Assembly (NCBI GenBank): GCA_977017575.1
Contig: CDRNVI010000032.1
Span: 186,001-250,000 of the forward strand
Reading direction: 5' to 3'
Length of the DNA stretch: 64,000 nt
Source of the DNA: Paramoeba atlantica
Taxonomy: Eukaryota > Protista > Discosea
Shown here: positions 30,272-41,399 of the stretch, one piece after another
How positions within the stretch are numbered: position 1 is the first letter of the stretch
Layout of the letters: each line of letters begins with the position of its first letter
Notes under the pieces: generated by a model
What the model was told of the DNA's origin: nothing
Databases searched by the model: none
The model's input: only the letters and a program-made list of their open reading frames with translations
Position numbers and translations under genes: made by a program

Positions 30272-31969
30272 CTACTTGCGCAGAAATGGAAGGATTTTAC
30301 TATCTAACGGCCTGACTAGTGCTCTGCAAAACCTCATGTGTCCACAAAGACCGTAGTGTCCATGATCACGAGCAGCCGCAGAAATCTTCACATACAGACT
30401 TGGATCAAAAAACTCGAAAAATGATGTCTCCGAAAGATGAAGCATAAAATAATAAATCTCTTCAATATCACCTACGTCTAGTAGTGTATGTAGGAGAGTT
30501 TCTACAGTCTCAATTGTATCACATGCAAATGTTCGACGATTCGCAGCGTGAGATTCATTATAGGATGTTGAAACAGGAACTGAACGAAATTGATACAAGC
30601 AGCGAGAAAGTTTACGTGTAAGATCACTGTTTCTGCCTTTACAACTAACAACATTTTTCTCTTTTAACGACTTCAGTAGAGCTTCACACAGAACTTGTAG
30701 AGTTCTGGGTATTGCAGGGATACACGTAAATATCCTTTGTATAAAAGAACCTGACTTATTAGAATCCGTAGAATTGATGTAAGTAAGCCAATAAAGAGTG
30801 CTTAAAGCACCACGTCGCCGTGCAAGCTCTTCAACAGCTAGGCTAAGTTTAACATCTATCCCATTTACTGATTTCTCACCAAATGATCCCTGTACAGATG
30901 GATCGAGCTCCGTCATGATGTAGTTTTGCAATTCTGCGCTCGACATTGTACTATCCTGTAGTTTTAATTGAAGTTCTATATCGGATAGGTTTATAGATTC
31001 AGAACATGAAGTTATTTTATCGCCTGTCAACACCTTACCTGTTGGTTTTACACTGCGCATCAATTGGCAATGCATTTCCCGTGCCTCTTGATGCTTCCTC
31101 CCAAACAATAACGCCTCGCAAAAATAAAGTGATGCTTTAGGGTACTGGAAAGGATGCCTCGTAAGGGAGGGAAACATTTTTTCCAGGATATGCAGAAAGT
31201 TGTCATCGCCGGACACACGCAGACCATATATCACAATTGAAAGAATCTCATCCCAATGGGCGTAGTTCGCTGGCGCGGCTCCACGCTTGCGATAAACTGC
31301 CTCATAATCCTTGGTGTCTTCCACAAAACCCTCCGACACATCCATGATGCCCATGAGAAGAATCTTCATGCCTGGAACACAACCTAAAAGAGATAAGCAC
31401 TGGAGTATATCCATAGAAAAGTTATACAGCGTTTTATTCGTCGCAACACGAAGTGTGGTGCGGCCAAGCACACTAGCACGCTGCTTTTGCAACGGGCAAT
31501 TGGATAGATAAGGGCGGGTGACAAGATCTAGTGTCACTCTCCATAAGGGAAGTAGCAAATCCTCTGCTATATGCGGCGCAATGCGACCTTGCCCTTCCCA
31601 GAGGAGCGTGTGAAGGTATCCCACCGAAGTAGCTAATTTTTCAACAATCTCTTCCGGGAGAGGACGTCGTCCGGAAGAGCCTAGTTCTTGAAGAAGCATC
31701 AGGACACGTGAATAGTTGCGCTCCGCTGTGTGGGAAAGCAACAAATGGTGTAGAATTTCATCACCTGGAACATAACCATGGGAAGAAGCAAGACGTTGAT
31801 ACTGTCGTTCCTTTTCGGTAGAAGTTTTGGAGGCAAACAATTGCTCCCGTATGGAAAGATAGGTTGGAGTATTATGTCGAGAACAGTTTAACGTACGAAC
31901 GAAGGGGAGCTTAATAAGATGTTGGGTTGATGATTCAGCGTGATATTGCAGTTTTTGCCGGAAGAACAT
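30272..31969 (-). CDS. Hypothetical alpha-solenoid protein, possibly mitochondrial (PPR-like)
   Basis: 565-aa ORF with a basic, acid-poor N-terminus (MFFRQKL...). EILHHLLLSHTAERNYSRVLMLLQEL resembles a PPR unit. Confidence 0.55.
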   Translation of the reverse strand: MFFRQKLQYHAESSTQHLIKLPFVRTLNCSRHNTPTYLSIREQLFASKTSTEKERQYQRLASSHGYVPGDEILHHLLLSHTAERNYSRVLMLLQELGSSGRRPLPEEIVEKLATSVGYLHTLLWEGQGRIAPHIAEDLLLPLWRVTLDLVTRPYLSNCPLQKQRASVLGRTTLRVATNKTLYNFSMDILQCLSLLGCVPGMKILLMGIMDVSEGFVEDTKDYEAVYRKRGAAPANYAHWDEILSIVIYGLRVSGDDNFLHILEKMFPSLTRHPFQYPKASLYFCEALLFGRKHQEAREMHCQLMRSVKPTGKVLTGDKITSCSESINLSDIELQLKLQDSTMSSAELQNYIMTELDPSVQGSFGEKSVNGIDVKLSLAVEELARRRGALSTLYWLTYINSTDSNKSGSFIQRIFTCIPAIPRTLQVLCEALLKSLKEKNVVSCKGRNSDLTRKLSRCLYQFRSVPVSTSYNESHAANRRTFACDTIETVETLLHTLLDVGDIEEIYYFMLHLSETSFFEFFDPSLYVKISAAARDHGHYGLCGHMRFCRALVRPLDSKILPFLRK

Positions 31970-32387
31970 GACGGCGCTAAACGCTCAGTGGAAGTTATCA
32001 AAAGCTTGATTTGATCCCAATTGATATCGCATCGATATTTGATAGTATAAATTACTGCATATTTTTCATAAGGAGGCAAACGAACGGCGGTTACAATGAA
32101 AATATAATATCTTATTATATATTCCAATTGAAACTGAAGGATTGTAATGTAGCTGAGAGTGTACTCCATGACTATATTAATGAGCACCAAAATATCGTAT
32201 AATGTCGTATAATGCACCAAAATGTCGTATAATGACCATGATTATCACGTTTAAAAAACGCACCTGAAAAGCGCATTATTTGTATATCTTGATGTCAATT
32301 TAATCTCCTAATTTTGCTTTGTCCACTTTCCCCGTTCTTTGCCATTACATTATCACACAAACTTCATTCACATTCGCATGCTTCAAA

Positions 32388-33032
32388 TTAGTAAAGTCGC
32401 TGTGGTTTTCCCATGGTTGACTTTAAGTACACACTGCTGAGGTTTTGCCAATTCTTCTTTAAGAGGGAGACGAGGAAATTGATGGCCATAGTTGTGTTCT
32501 GCCGTACTTCATCGTCACCCATCTTCAAATGACCCACGCAACATGCGAGACACAGAACTTTCTTCAGTTGAAACTTTACTGTGGATTGGATTTCCTTTAT
32601 CTTTCCGACCAGATCATCCCCTGGAGAGACTGCAGTAGGAAACTTTCCGGCGCGATTCATTTGGGGTCCCACCACTTTCGGAACCTGCTTGATCACGGTA
32701 TCGCTGGCCAGAAAGGCATCGTAGCTCTCACAAAGCTTCTTTACAAGTTTCTTGTTCTTGTTGAGTTTCTTCAAGTCATCCATGTTAATGTGGAGAATAC
32801 CGAGCTTCTCTGCTTGTTCCTCGTGCGCGGCGTCTGCAATGATACATACGCGGAACCGAGGGCGAGCAATGTGAGGGAGTTTGACGGAACCGCTAAAACG
32901 CTTGTCCTTAGTGGGGTCGTAGTTCTTCAAGTTGAACTGAAGATCGACTGATTCGTTGAACTTTCGCTTCTTCTCCGGGTTCAGCACTTCTTTGATGGCA
33001 CCAAGAAGGGTGGCCGGAGCGATTTTAGACAT
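32388..33032 (-). CDS. RPL10A: 60S ribosomal protein L10a (uL1)
   Basis: [77 protein letters not shown]. Confidence 0.98.
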   Translation of the reverse strand: MSKIAPATLLGAIKEVLNPEKKRKFNESVDLQFNLKNYDPTKDKRFSGSVKLPHIARPRFRVCIIADAAHEEQAEKLGILHINMDDLKKLNKNKKLVKKLCESYDAFLASDTVIKQVPKVVGPQMNRAGKFPTAVSPGDDLVGKIKEIQSTVKFQLKKVLCLACCVGHLKMGDDEVRQNTTMAINFLVSLLKKNWQNLSSVYLKSTMGKPQRLY

Positions 33033-33544
33033 TTGTTCTAACTTCTAAGGAAAGAGCGCAATACAAAACAATATGGAAACACAGAGTTGTATGATAACAA
33101 GTTTCTGTCTTTTTATCCTGACTACAGAAGCTCGAAAAACAATAATATATAAATATTTAGATTTTTAAAAAAACAGGGATGTACCGTGCAATATAAATGC
33201 AACTTAATAATGACGAGAAATCTTTTCAAAAATTCTTGACGTTTTCCACTTGTCACAAAGCGTTAGTGGATTTAATCTTTCTTGTTCAAAATCTTAGATT
33301 CAAATGTACGAAACATTGCTACTTACAGATGATACCTGCACCCTCTTATAAATTCCAGCGTGGTTTATCACATTGACTCACGAAACAAGAAAAAAAATAA
33401 ACTTCTTCGCACAAGTCTTACGTTCTACGTTTCGTATGCCCTAAAAAATGAAGAAAGGTAAAATGTTCATTAGAGCGTGCATCTGCGGATACTAAACCAC
33501 TGTCCAGCGTACCATATCTCTCCAGTATATTAAGAGGGGTGGAC

Positions 33545-33593
33545 CGGGATCGGTGCGAGCGGGTGTGGCCGGGTGCGCGCGGGGATTATACAG
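33545..33593. mobile_element. Solo MITE right end related to the 3502-3678 element
   Basis: ...CCGGGTGCGCGCGGGGATTATACAG|TA shares CCGGGTGCGC and the CAG|TA terminus with 3651-3680. Confidence 0.4.
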
Positions 33594-33619
33594 TAGAGAT
33601 CCAAAAAAGTTAACGTATA

Positions 33620-33910
33620 CCCCCCCTCCCAGTAATAGACCCCCCCAGTAACAGAGATTTGACCATTTTTGGGCTGACCCCCAGTAACAAGGATTTGTCT
33701 CGAAAGGGTGGTTGGAGGGGGGAGGGGGTGTTTGGGCGGGGTGAGGGTGATTGCACGGGAGCGAATGGCGCAGTTGCGGGGTTGTCTGGACAGAAAATCA
33801 ACCCACTCATGAACAAAAAAGGCTTTTGCCCACTAAAAAAGCGTACCCCCCACAGTAGCAAGAATTTGGTCATTTTGGTCCAAAATCGATTCTATTACTG
33901 GGGAGGGGTG
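33620..33910. mobile_element. 291-bp TA-flanked MITE
   Basis: TA|CCCCCCCTCCCAGTAATAGA ... TCTATTACTGGGGAGGGGTG|TA, with internal CCCCCAGTAA repeats. Confidence 0.8.
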
Positions 33911-34075
33911 TAAGGCTTCCCTATAATGTTTTAGTACCAAGGAGGTGAATGAGTTTATACACTTCCCTGGCTTCAGAATTTTGAAATGCACACGTTACCA
34001 CTACTTTTAGTAGACTTTTTCGAAGTTTTTTCTCCAGCAAAACTATCAACTTTCGGCATAACTATTTTTTGATGA

Positions 34076-34754
34076 AATACAGTAGAAACGTATCCGAAAC
34101 CTTCTAGTTCCAAATTTTATTTTGAGCTTGTATACCTTTTGATTGATCTTCCTCCCGACGACACTGTGTCTTCTGAAGACATATATGCCATCTCTTCTTC
34201 TCCCATCTACCACCGTTTGCGCAAATGGGTAAGCCACAAGTTGCGCGAAACAATGATTATGCCTTTGACTCGCAAGGAAATAATAAACTTGAATTTCGTT
34301 GGTCTTTCGGATGTAGAGAAGAACAAGATCAAATACGCGGAGAAACGTCTTCCTGCGCAAAAAATCATGGGGCGCATAGAAGAGGGTGTCCTACATACTT
34401 GCTGATCGTCGTCAGCAGCTTCAAGTTGGGTCAGAGACTTGCCTAAAAACACTTTGCGAAATTCCTACAGATGAAACAATCCTACTTGAGGTATTGGTTT
34501 CGATGGTAAAGACCCGTGACGCGGGACTTATGTTCTACAAAGATGCCATAAAAACTGAACTTCATGGCGTTAAGGAACGAGAGATGGAGAATTACTGGCG
34601 ATGGAACAGTCCAGAGGGCAAGTGGAAACTTGTACTTCAGGTTTTACCTGTGGACTCGTTAGCTAAGGATATGGATAAGTTCCTTAGGCAGTACTATGAT
34701 GGGAAGTATGAGCATTCTCATCGCTCCTCTAAGAGTCAAAAACTTAGAATTTAA
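34076..34754 (+). pseudogene. Frameshifted orphan ORF antisense to the cluster
   Basis: Two overlapping + ORFs (34139-34405 and 34386-34754) with protein-like composition. They join by one frameshift near 34390, and an in-frame TGA lies upstream at 34073. Confidence 0.4.
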
Positions 34755-35002
34755 TCTGCAAAGTCTACTCCCACACTCGTTCACAATGTCTGCGCCTTAC
34801 CGAGATGTCCTTCTTGAATGTCAGACCTTGTATGTCTGTATCACATGCCTTTACAGGATACGACGCTGGTATTGTTTCATCCTTATCCGTACGAATCGGG
34901 TGTACAAGCTTACAAAAGTTCGCGTCATTGAGTGTCATTCGCCTTAATTTAAGCTATGAACAGGCTACGGTCGTCCTACCTCCGTGTCTCGGCAAAAAAA
35001 GG

Positions 35003-36691
35003 TCATAGACGAAGCACAAGAGACCTAAGACGATTCAAGGCTCCGGACATTTCAAAGCGCCGCACACGACTTGAAAACCCCAATGGAAACCAGCTTTTGC
35101 CTGTTTGGGGCTCAACTTCTGGCCTAGTCTCGAATTTTTCTCCAATGGATTTCAAGCAAGAATCCGATGGCTTTTCCTCCGCAAGCCTAAGCAAGGCTTG
35201 TGCGATAAAATTCGCTTGTGCGGGTTCAACAAGTTGTTCCAGGTGAGAAATGTCAACTTCCTCCGTCCCACACTGAATGTAGCCTCGGGTTGCTTTGACC
35301 CTTGGGCTGTCTTTATTCAGACACCGAAAACTGCGCCCAACTTCAACCCATCGATCCCGAGGAAGCACCAGCGGAGTACTGGGTTTAGGAGGGAGGCTGC
35401 AAAGTCCGGGGGACTCACGTAATATCTCTGTGACCTGATCAGTAAGGTCATTGCATCTGTACCCCTCCAACCCCAACACCGTGTCTGCGACGTGCAGGTA
35501 CTGCCCCGACCCCCCAACAACCAGAATAATGGATATGCCATGGGTACGAAATAGTTCCCGCACACGAGACACAAACGGCACAATTGGCTCCGCCTCCACG
35601 ACCCTCGCTATCAACGCATCCCGAACCATAAAATTCGTCGCCGAGGTATCCTCATCCACCAAAAGCGTCTGCGCCCCACATTCCAACGCCTCCGCAATAT
35701 TCGCCGCCTGACTCGTCGACCCACTCGCATCCGGTGAACAAAACACCGCCGTATTCGCCCCCGACGGCACCTCCTTAATAAACGACCCAATATCCACGCT
35801 CGTCACCACACGTCGATCCTCCGCTCGAATCTTACACGCCGTCGGGTCCGTCACCACAAACTCTCTCCCATCCCCGGGCAAATGATTATACACCCCCACC
35901 TGCAACGCCCTCAACAGGGTCGATTTCCCATGAAACCCACCCCCCGTAATCACAACCACCCCACGCGGAATCCCCATCCCCGTCACCACCCTCCCCGACG
36001 GCAGCCGCACCGTTTTCTCCAACCCCTTCGGGGACGCGAACGGGAGGGCCCCGGGCAGCGCCGTGTCCACCGTCCCCGAGGCCCTGGGGAGCACCGCCCC
36101 ATTGGCCACGAACCCACACAGCCCCCTCCCCGGGAGGGCGTCCCGCAGCGCCTGCTGGTCGCCCACGTGGGTGAGGTAGTCCCCCATGTGGGCGGGGGGG
36201 ACCCGGCTGAGGTGAGTGAGAACCCGCAGGGGGGCGTGCAGTAAGGCCCGGGCACACCCCGGGGCGTCGACACGACGGTGGGGACCGGGGAGCGCGACCC
36301 GGCAGCGGAGCTCCACGCCCCCGGCGGGGGTGAGAAGCACCGCGGAGCGCTGGAGGATGTGCTGGGAGGGGGTGAGGAGCTCAAGGGGGGGGAGGGGGCT
36401 GGGGAGCGCCCCGTGGGCACGGCGAAGGAGGTAGTCCGCGGCGGCGATGTGGGAGATGTGGGTGGGGTCGGAGAGGTTAAGGGGGAGGGAGGTGAGGAAG
36501 GGGAGGGAGCAGCGTAGGGTGAGTTGGCTGCCCGGGGCGAAGGGGTCGGGTTGGACTCGGGTGAGTTCGCCCTGGAAGAGGGAGTTCCCCCCCAGGCCGT
36601 ATTTGATGCCTTGCAGCTTGCGCAGGGTGCTGTAGGGGGCTTCGTGCATTCTCTGCAGCCGTTTATCCATCGGTTCTGCGTTTCCGATCAT
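35003..36691 (-). CDS. ABC-ATPase-family protein (PF09818/COG3044), MRB1590-like
   Basis: VQPDPFAPGS, GMGIPRGVVVITGGGFHGKSTLL (Walker A), VYNHLPGDGRE, IRAEDRR, DASGSTSQAANI, LLVDEDTSATNFMVRD. Confidence 0.9.
   Translation of the reverse strand: MIGNAEPMDKRLQRMHEAPYSTLRKLQGIKYGLGGNSLFQGELTRVQPDPFAPGSQLTLRCSLPFLTSLPLNLSDPTHISHIAAADYLLRRAHGALPSPLPPLELLTPSQHILQRSAVLLTPAGGVELRCRVALPGPHRRVDAPGCARALLHAPLRVLTHLSRVPPAHMGDYLTHVGDQQALRDALPGRGLCGFVANGAVLPRASGTVDTALPGALPFASPKGLEKTVRLPSGRVVTGMGIPRGVVVITGGGFHGKSTLLRALQVGVYNHLPGDGREFVVTDPTACKIRAEDRRVVTSVDIGSFIKEVPSGANTAVFCSPDASGSTSQAANIAEALECGAQTLLVDEDTSATNFMVRDALIARVVEAEPIVPFVSRVRELFRTHGISIILVVGGSGQYLHVADTVLGLEGYRCNDLTDQVTEILRESPGLCSLPPKPSTPLVLPRDRWVEVGRSFRCLNKDSPRVKATRGYIQCGTEEVDISHLEQLVEPAQANFIAQALLRLAEEKPSDSCLKSIGEKFETRPEVEPQTGKSWFPLGFSSRVRRFEMSGALNRLRSLVLRL
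35440..36650. other. GC-rich island with C-to-G skew flip (island 3)
   Basis: The + strand is C-rich over 35440-36160 and G-rich over 36190-36650. Confidence 0.85.
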
Positions 36692-36961
36692 GAGGAGTGG
36701 TGAGAAAGTACACGCTACATAAAAATTGAAAGTCTAGGCATATTTAATAGCGTTGGGAGAATTGTGTGGGTTGCAAGGTATGTAAAAGTTACCAATACGT
36801 AAAAACAGATTTTTGCAATTTAAAGTTATAATTTGAAACCTTATAATTTCATACTTTAAACTTGATTTTTATTCTCCTTCTATCTGTACTTCCTTACTTC
36901 AATACACCTCACCACCACTCCTTACCCTTTCTCTTCTTATGCAGCAACCCAGCAATTTTAC

Positions 36962-37933
36962 TTAGTCGAACAATCCCAGGCCCATATCCTCATCCTCTTC
37001 CTCGGCTTCCTCTTCCTGGACTGCGGCGGCCTCTGTCTTACTGGCGGCATCACCACTGGCGGCCCCAGCGGCGGGGGCCAGCGATTTGCCACTGCGAATG
37101 GCTTCCACGATTTCCTCCCCGCTGAATTCGGGAAAAGAGTACCCAGTGCCAAGCGAGATGGCCAACAAGTTCTTGAATGCACGGGTGGCGACATGAGGCA
37201 TGGAGGACACGGTGGGGATGCCAGTGGCAAGAGCTAGGGAGGTGACATTGCGCAGCGCAGTCTGGATGTTTTCCCGGAAGAAGTCGTCGTTGAGCTCAAG
37301 GATGTCCGAGCCAAACACAGTGCCGTTGTCGAACACGAACTTTATCTCTAGCCCGTAGAAGAAGGGTTTGATCTTTAGCTTTTGCAACAGCACGGCCGTG
37401 GAGTTGTCTACCTTGTCCCCGGTCGTAAGAACCTTTTTCTCGGTCAGAATCTCCACTGCCCCCTTCACGATCTTGGTGTTGATCGAGAGCGCCTGGAAGA
37501 AGGTGGTCATGCCGGGCTCCAGACCGGTGTTCCCGGCGGGAATCACCACGTCCAGAGGGGCGATCGCCCCGACGCGAGCAGGAGCCTGAATGCGGTTCAA
37601 ACGGATCACTTCCTGAATGACATCAAACTCCTCGTTGGTGAAGATGATACCGAGATTTCCCACCAGAGAACCAGCCTCGATGACCTTTTCCAGGAGTTCC
37701 TTGTCTTGCTGCGTGGCGTCTTCCGAGGACGCACGCATGCGAATGGCTTTGCGCATCAGAGTGTTCTTCCCCATAAGGATCTCCCCTTTTCCTCGAAGCC
37801 CCTTGCGAATGTTGTGCATTTGTTGGGACTGCACGTTGTCGACGTTACAGAAGATAAGGCGGCGGTGGGTCGCGACAAGATCGGCCATACGATCGAGGTA
37901 GTTTGCTTTCTTTTCGGAAAAGACGCGCACCAT
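36962..37933 (-). CDS. RPLP0: 60S acidic ribosomal protein P0 (uL10)
   Basis: DNVQSQQMHNIRKGLRG, MGKNTLMRKAI, GNLGIIFT, APARVGAIAP, NTGLEP..TTFFQALSINTKI, C-terminal EEEDEDMGLGLFD. Confidence 0.98.
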   Translation of the reverse strand: MVRVFSEKKANYLDRMADLVATHRRLIFCNVDNVQSQQMHNIRKGLRGKGEILMGKNTLMRKAIRMRASSEDATQQDKELLEKVIEAGSLVGNLGIIFTNEEFDVIQEVIRLNRIQAPARVGAIAPLDVVIPAGNTGLEPGMTTFFQALSINTKIVKGAVEILTEKKVLTTGDKVDNSTAVLLQKLKIKPFFYGLEIKFVFDNGTVFGSDILELNDDFFRENIQTALRNVTSLALATGIPTVSSMPHVATRAFKNLLAISLGTGYSFPEFSGEEIVEAIRSGKSLAPAAGAASGDAASKTEAAAVQEEEAEEEDEDMGLGLFD

Positions 37934-38076
37934 TGGAAAGAACTGTGTAGAGAGACGGTTAAGAATCTATTGAATTAGAAATATGATGTTAAAATAGTCC
38001 GATTTTCAAATAATATAAGCTGGCATACACAGTCAATCATGTATAGCAGCATGTACCAATCTTACAATTGTAACTT

Positions 38077-38910
38077 TCAGTCATGTGCTGAAGAAGGAAG
38101 AAATCCGGCGTACAAGAGCCATCTATCCCGATCCTCTGCACTTTGAGCATTAAAAGGGCTATACGGGTATAACACCTCTGATGACGCATAAACAGGTTTC
38201 GTGGTATGAACGTCTATGAATGGTCGACTGGGCATGCGAACTCCGAGAAAAGAAGCCCGGTTCTTGTTTTCCTGTGTGGGAATCCAAATTTGATAGATGG
38301 TGTTCGCTGCATGAACAGAATCTCCGTGATTCGCTAAATCAAGAAACGGGACTAACCTGATCCTCTTTTTTGAAAAGTGGCTTCGAGAGAGAACTGCAAT
38401 CAATGCCCATGGTTCCACATCGGATCGAAGTCTTATTGCGGATTCGTAGAAGTGCCACTGTGCTCGGGCCCCGGGGGTCTGCAAGCGCGACAGAGTTTCC
38501 TGTGAAAGCAAAGGTAGAACTGGTTGCTGTTTTACCTTTTTTGCATGTAGAAACGTAGCGTGTTCGGGGTCCGCGGCAGCTTTTTGAAGAGCCCTAGCAA
38601 CAGATAGGACACCGTCTTCCGTGGTGTATACACTAGACTGCTTGAGAGGTTGTGATTCATAGCACAATTCAAGCGGTATACGTAAGAGAAGCGTACCAGC
38701 TTTGAGAAAGAAATCGGTAGTTTTTGAGCTCGACAATAATTTTGATCCTTTGATTGCCTTCAGAGACGAGCAACCATCATCGGAGTCGGATGAACATGGC
38801 TCAAAGAAAATCCCAAGACCATGTAACTGACTCTTTTTAAGCTTTAGATTCGGGTGTATATAGAGACCTCGCAGAATGCCTTTTTGAGCAGCAAGCGAAT
38901 TCAATAACAT
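38077..38910 (-). CDS. SET-domain methyltransferase (LSMT/SETD6-like core)
   Basis: HGLGIFF, LLRIPLELC, VLSRSHF....RLVPFLDLANH and EVLYPYS correspond to SET motifs I-IV. The C-terminal substrate-binding domain is lacking. Confidence 0.75.
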   Translation of the reverse strand: MLLNSLAAQKGILRGLYIHPNLKLKKSQLHGLGIFFEPCSSDSDDGCSSLKAIKGSKLLSSSKTTDFFLKAGTLLLRIPLELCYESQPLKQSSVYTTEDGVLSVARALQKAAADPEHATFLHAKKVKQQPVLPLLSQETLSRLQTPGARAQWHFYESAIRLRSDVEPWALIAVLSRSHFSKKRIRLVPFLDLANHGDSVHAANTIYQIWIPTQENKNRASFLGVRMPSRPFIDVHTTKPVYASSEVLYPYSPFNAQSAEDRDRWLLYAGFLPSSAHD

Positions 38911-39162
38911 GTTGGCTCAAAAAATAATGTGAACGTTTAAAAAATGAGCACACAAGTCTCGAATGATATAAATTTGAGAGTTACCGTTATTTTTTCCAAT
39001 ACAATATTCCGACTACAGTATTCCATGTTCAATATATTCTTGAATCCCGCGCTTTTCTATGGAATTTCGTTAAGGCACTCATTTTTGATGATGAAAATGA
39101 AATGTGTTGAACGGCTGTTCGGAGCTCTTTATCCGTCAGTGACCTATGGCTAAATAATCTAT

Positions 39163-41121
39163 CTAGGAAATCAATGTTTCCAAAGGATCGAATGGTGCTT
39201 CTTCCCCTATCTTAGAATCCTTCCCGTCCTTTGTTTGCTTTGCAGGGCTTTGTTCCTCGACTTCACTACCAGGTTCGTTAGATGTGACGTCGTGTCCATC
39301 CTCGGGTTCAGACTTCCAGGAATCCAGAGAGCGGATAAAATACTTTGAGGTGACACCAAAAGTAGGGCTTAGAGTGTTAAACTGTTCAAGAAGAAGATCC
39401 TGGACCTCCCCTCGTCCCCAATTCATAAATCCAGGTGCCAAACCGGACTGTGGGTCAAGCTGAGAACTCACTACACGTTTCGCAAGATCTACATCTTTTT
39501 TTAGCAGGGTGTAGTAAAGTTGAGCGTGATAGTGAACCTCTGTGTGTGAAGGACAGAGCCGCATGGCACAATGGAGAATCTTACCCAATGTTTTTTGCAT
39601 TGCTGGCGGGTGCGCAAAGAAACACTTCATGCTCGAGGTTAAAATCTCTAGCTGCACGCGCGCACATTGCTCCGAAAAAGATTCCACGAAGGATTCGAGA
39701 ATGTAAGGTGATTTGTCAAGTCGGAAACTCAATTCCCCAATGAGTTGAACAAAAAATGCAAGGGAATCCTCTTTTTCGAGATTAAGTGACCCAGAGATGT
39801 AAAAATCAATGATGGTATCAAGACACAGTTGAACCTCATCGGAAGACCTGTACTTTATCGCAATGTCACGAAGTGCCATCAATGCGTTTTCACGGAGAAT
39901 CTCATTCCCGGTTGACAGAATACTGAGCATATGCCCCACTACTTTGGACATTGTGGCATCAATTTTTAGCGCGATAGCACATGTTGCATGCAGAGCCTTG
40001 CAGGCAACCTCACTCTGTGACTCACTTTGCTCCGAGTACACGATCATCTCACTTAAAATATTCTCTGCGTTTGATTTGAAAACCAAACGTGATAATATTT
40101 CTAACTTCAGGAGTTTCATATTTAGCGGTTCTGTGTGACGCAGGTAAAATTCGCGGTAGTATGCCATGAAGAGGCGTGGCTCGCGAACGACAAGCAAATG
40201 AAGTTGTGAAAGACATGCGTAGGAAATTTCAAAAGGTGCAGTAAGTGTGGCCGTGATCAAAGGCTCCCGTACTCGATCGATGACTTGTCTATAAAGATCT
40301 GAATCATGTTGGGAAAGTTGCATGAAAAAATTTACACAAGATAATACCACTCCACTATGTGCACTCTGAAGTTTGTTATCCAGGAGGTTCATGATGTCAT
40401 ACATGTCTTCTTCTGAAGACGGAATGTACGGAGTCACCAATTGAAGCACGATTGTTGTGTGCCATTCGTTAAAGTCGCGAATTCGATTTAGAAGACGGAA
40501 AACTAAATTTTTCGTAAGTTCCAACCCCTTTCCGTTTTCTAGCAAGAGAAGCTCTTGTACAACCATAAGCGCGTTTAATAACACATTGTTATCGGAATCT
40601 CGTAGACATGAAATGAGCGTATCTAGAAGCTGTAAACTATGGAATACGCTCTTGTCCCGATAAAAAAGCTTAGCGGCAGCAATGACTGCCGTTTTTCTGA
40701 CGTATCCGGAACGATCGTTAAATCCATTTCGTAGCAAGGGAGCTAAATATTCTACGACTTCCGGGACGTTAAGAGAACTTAGTGCACGAAGTGCAACACC
40801 ACGTATGACAGGTGAGGGATCTCCACAATCTTTTTGCAATGTGTTGACGGCCATCAAGGCCAATTCAGGGCTTTCCTCAGCTTGGGAGGATAAATAGAAA
40901 TATACCATCTTCTTCTCTACGACGCTTTCTGTGGCGCATGCTAGCAACATATCCGAGAACAGTGCAGATGTGCTAATACCCTGAGTCATCAGTGATAGGA
41001 CATTTTGTAGTGCTTCACGACGAAGTGCAGAATTTGGTCTAATTTTTGGGTCACGTAGCTTTTCCCGGAGCTCCTCAAGTTCCGTGTTAAACTCCCTGCT
41101 ATGGGTCTTGGGGGTAGTCAT
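39163..41121 (-). CDS. AP4B1: Adaptor protein complex beta subunit, most like AP-4 beta
   Basis: KKMVYFYL, LALMAVNTLQKDCGDPSPVIRGVALRAL, YVRKTAV, NLLDNKLQSAHSGVVLS, EQFNTLS. No ear domain. First ATG at 41121. Confidence 0.82.
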   Translation of the reverse strand: MTTPKTHSREFNTELEELREKLRDPKIRPNSALRREALQNVLSLMTQGISTSALFSDMLLACATESVVEKKMVYFYLSSQAEESPELALMAVNTLQKDCGDPSPVIRGVALRALSSLNVPEVVEYLAPLLRNGFNDRSGYVRKTAVIAAAKLFYRDKSVFHSLQLLDTLISCLRDSDNNVLLNALMVVQELLLLENGKGLELTKNLVFRLLNRIRDFNEWHTTIVLQLVTPYIPSSEEDMYDIMNLLDNKLQSAHSGVVLSCVNFFMQLSQHDSDLYRQVIDRVREPLITATLTAPFEISYACLSQLHLLVVREPRLFMAYYREFYLRHTEPLNMKLLKLEILSRLVFKSNAENILSEMIVYSEQSESQSEVACKALHATCAIALKIDATMSKVVGHMLSILSTGNEILRENALMALRDIAIKYRSSDEVQLCLDTIIDFYISGSLNLEKEDSLAFFVQLIGELSFRLDKSPYILESFVESFSEQCARVQLEILTSSMKCFFAHPPAMQKTLGKILHCAMRLCPSHTEVHYHAQLYYTLLKKDVDLAKRVVSSQLDPQSGLAPGFMNWGRGEVQDLLLEQFNTLSPTFGVTSKYFIRSLDSWKSEPEDGHDVTSNEPGSEVEEQSPAKQTKDGKDSKIGEEAPFDPLETLIS

Positions 41122-41399
41122 TGAAAGCGTCACGAAAAAGTACTATGACATTGCCTGCAAGCGACCAAAATATAAAAAGAAAAGTGCTATCTGTATAGGT
41201 AAAATCATTTGATTCATGTACCCCATCTTTTCACACCACTTCAACATCATGTTAACATTTAGCCATGATTTTTTTGCAGTAAAAATATTTGCTTCAGCAT
41301 TTTTACAGTAACTTATCCCTAGATCCTTAACTCTTTTCTACCAACCTCTTCCTACTCTTCGCTTATTTCCTTTCCCCTTTCGAAAGAGTAACTACTCAC

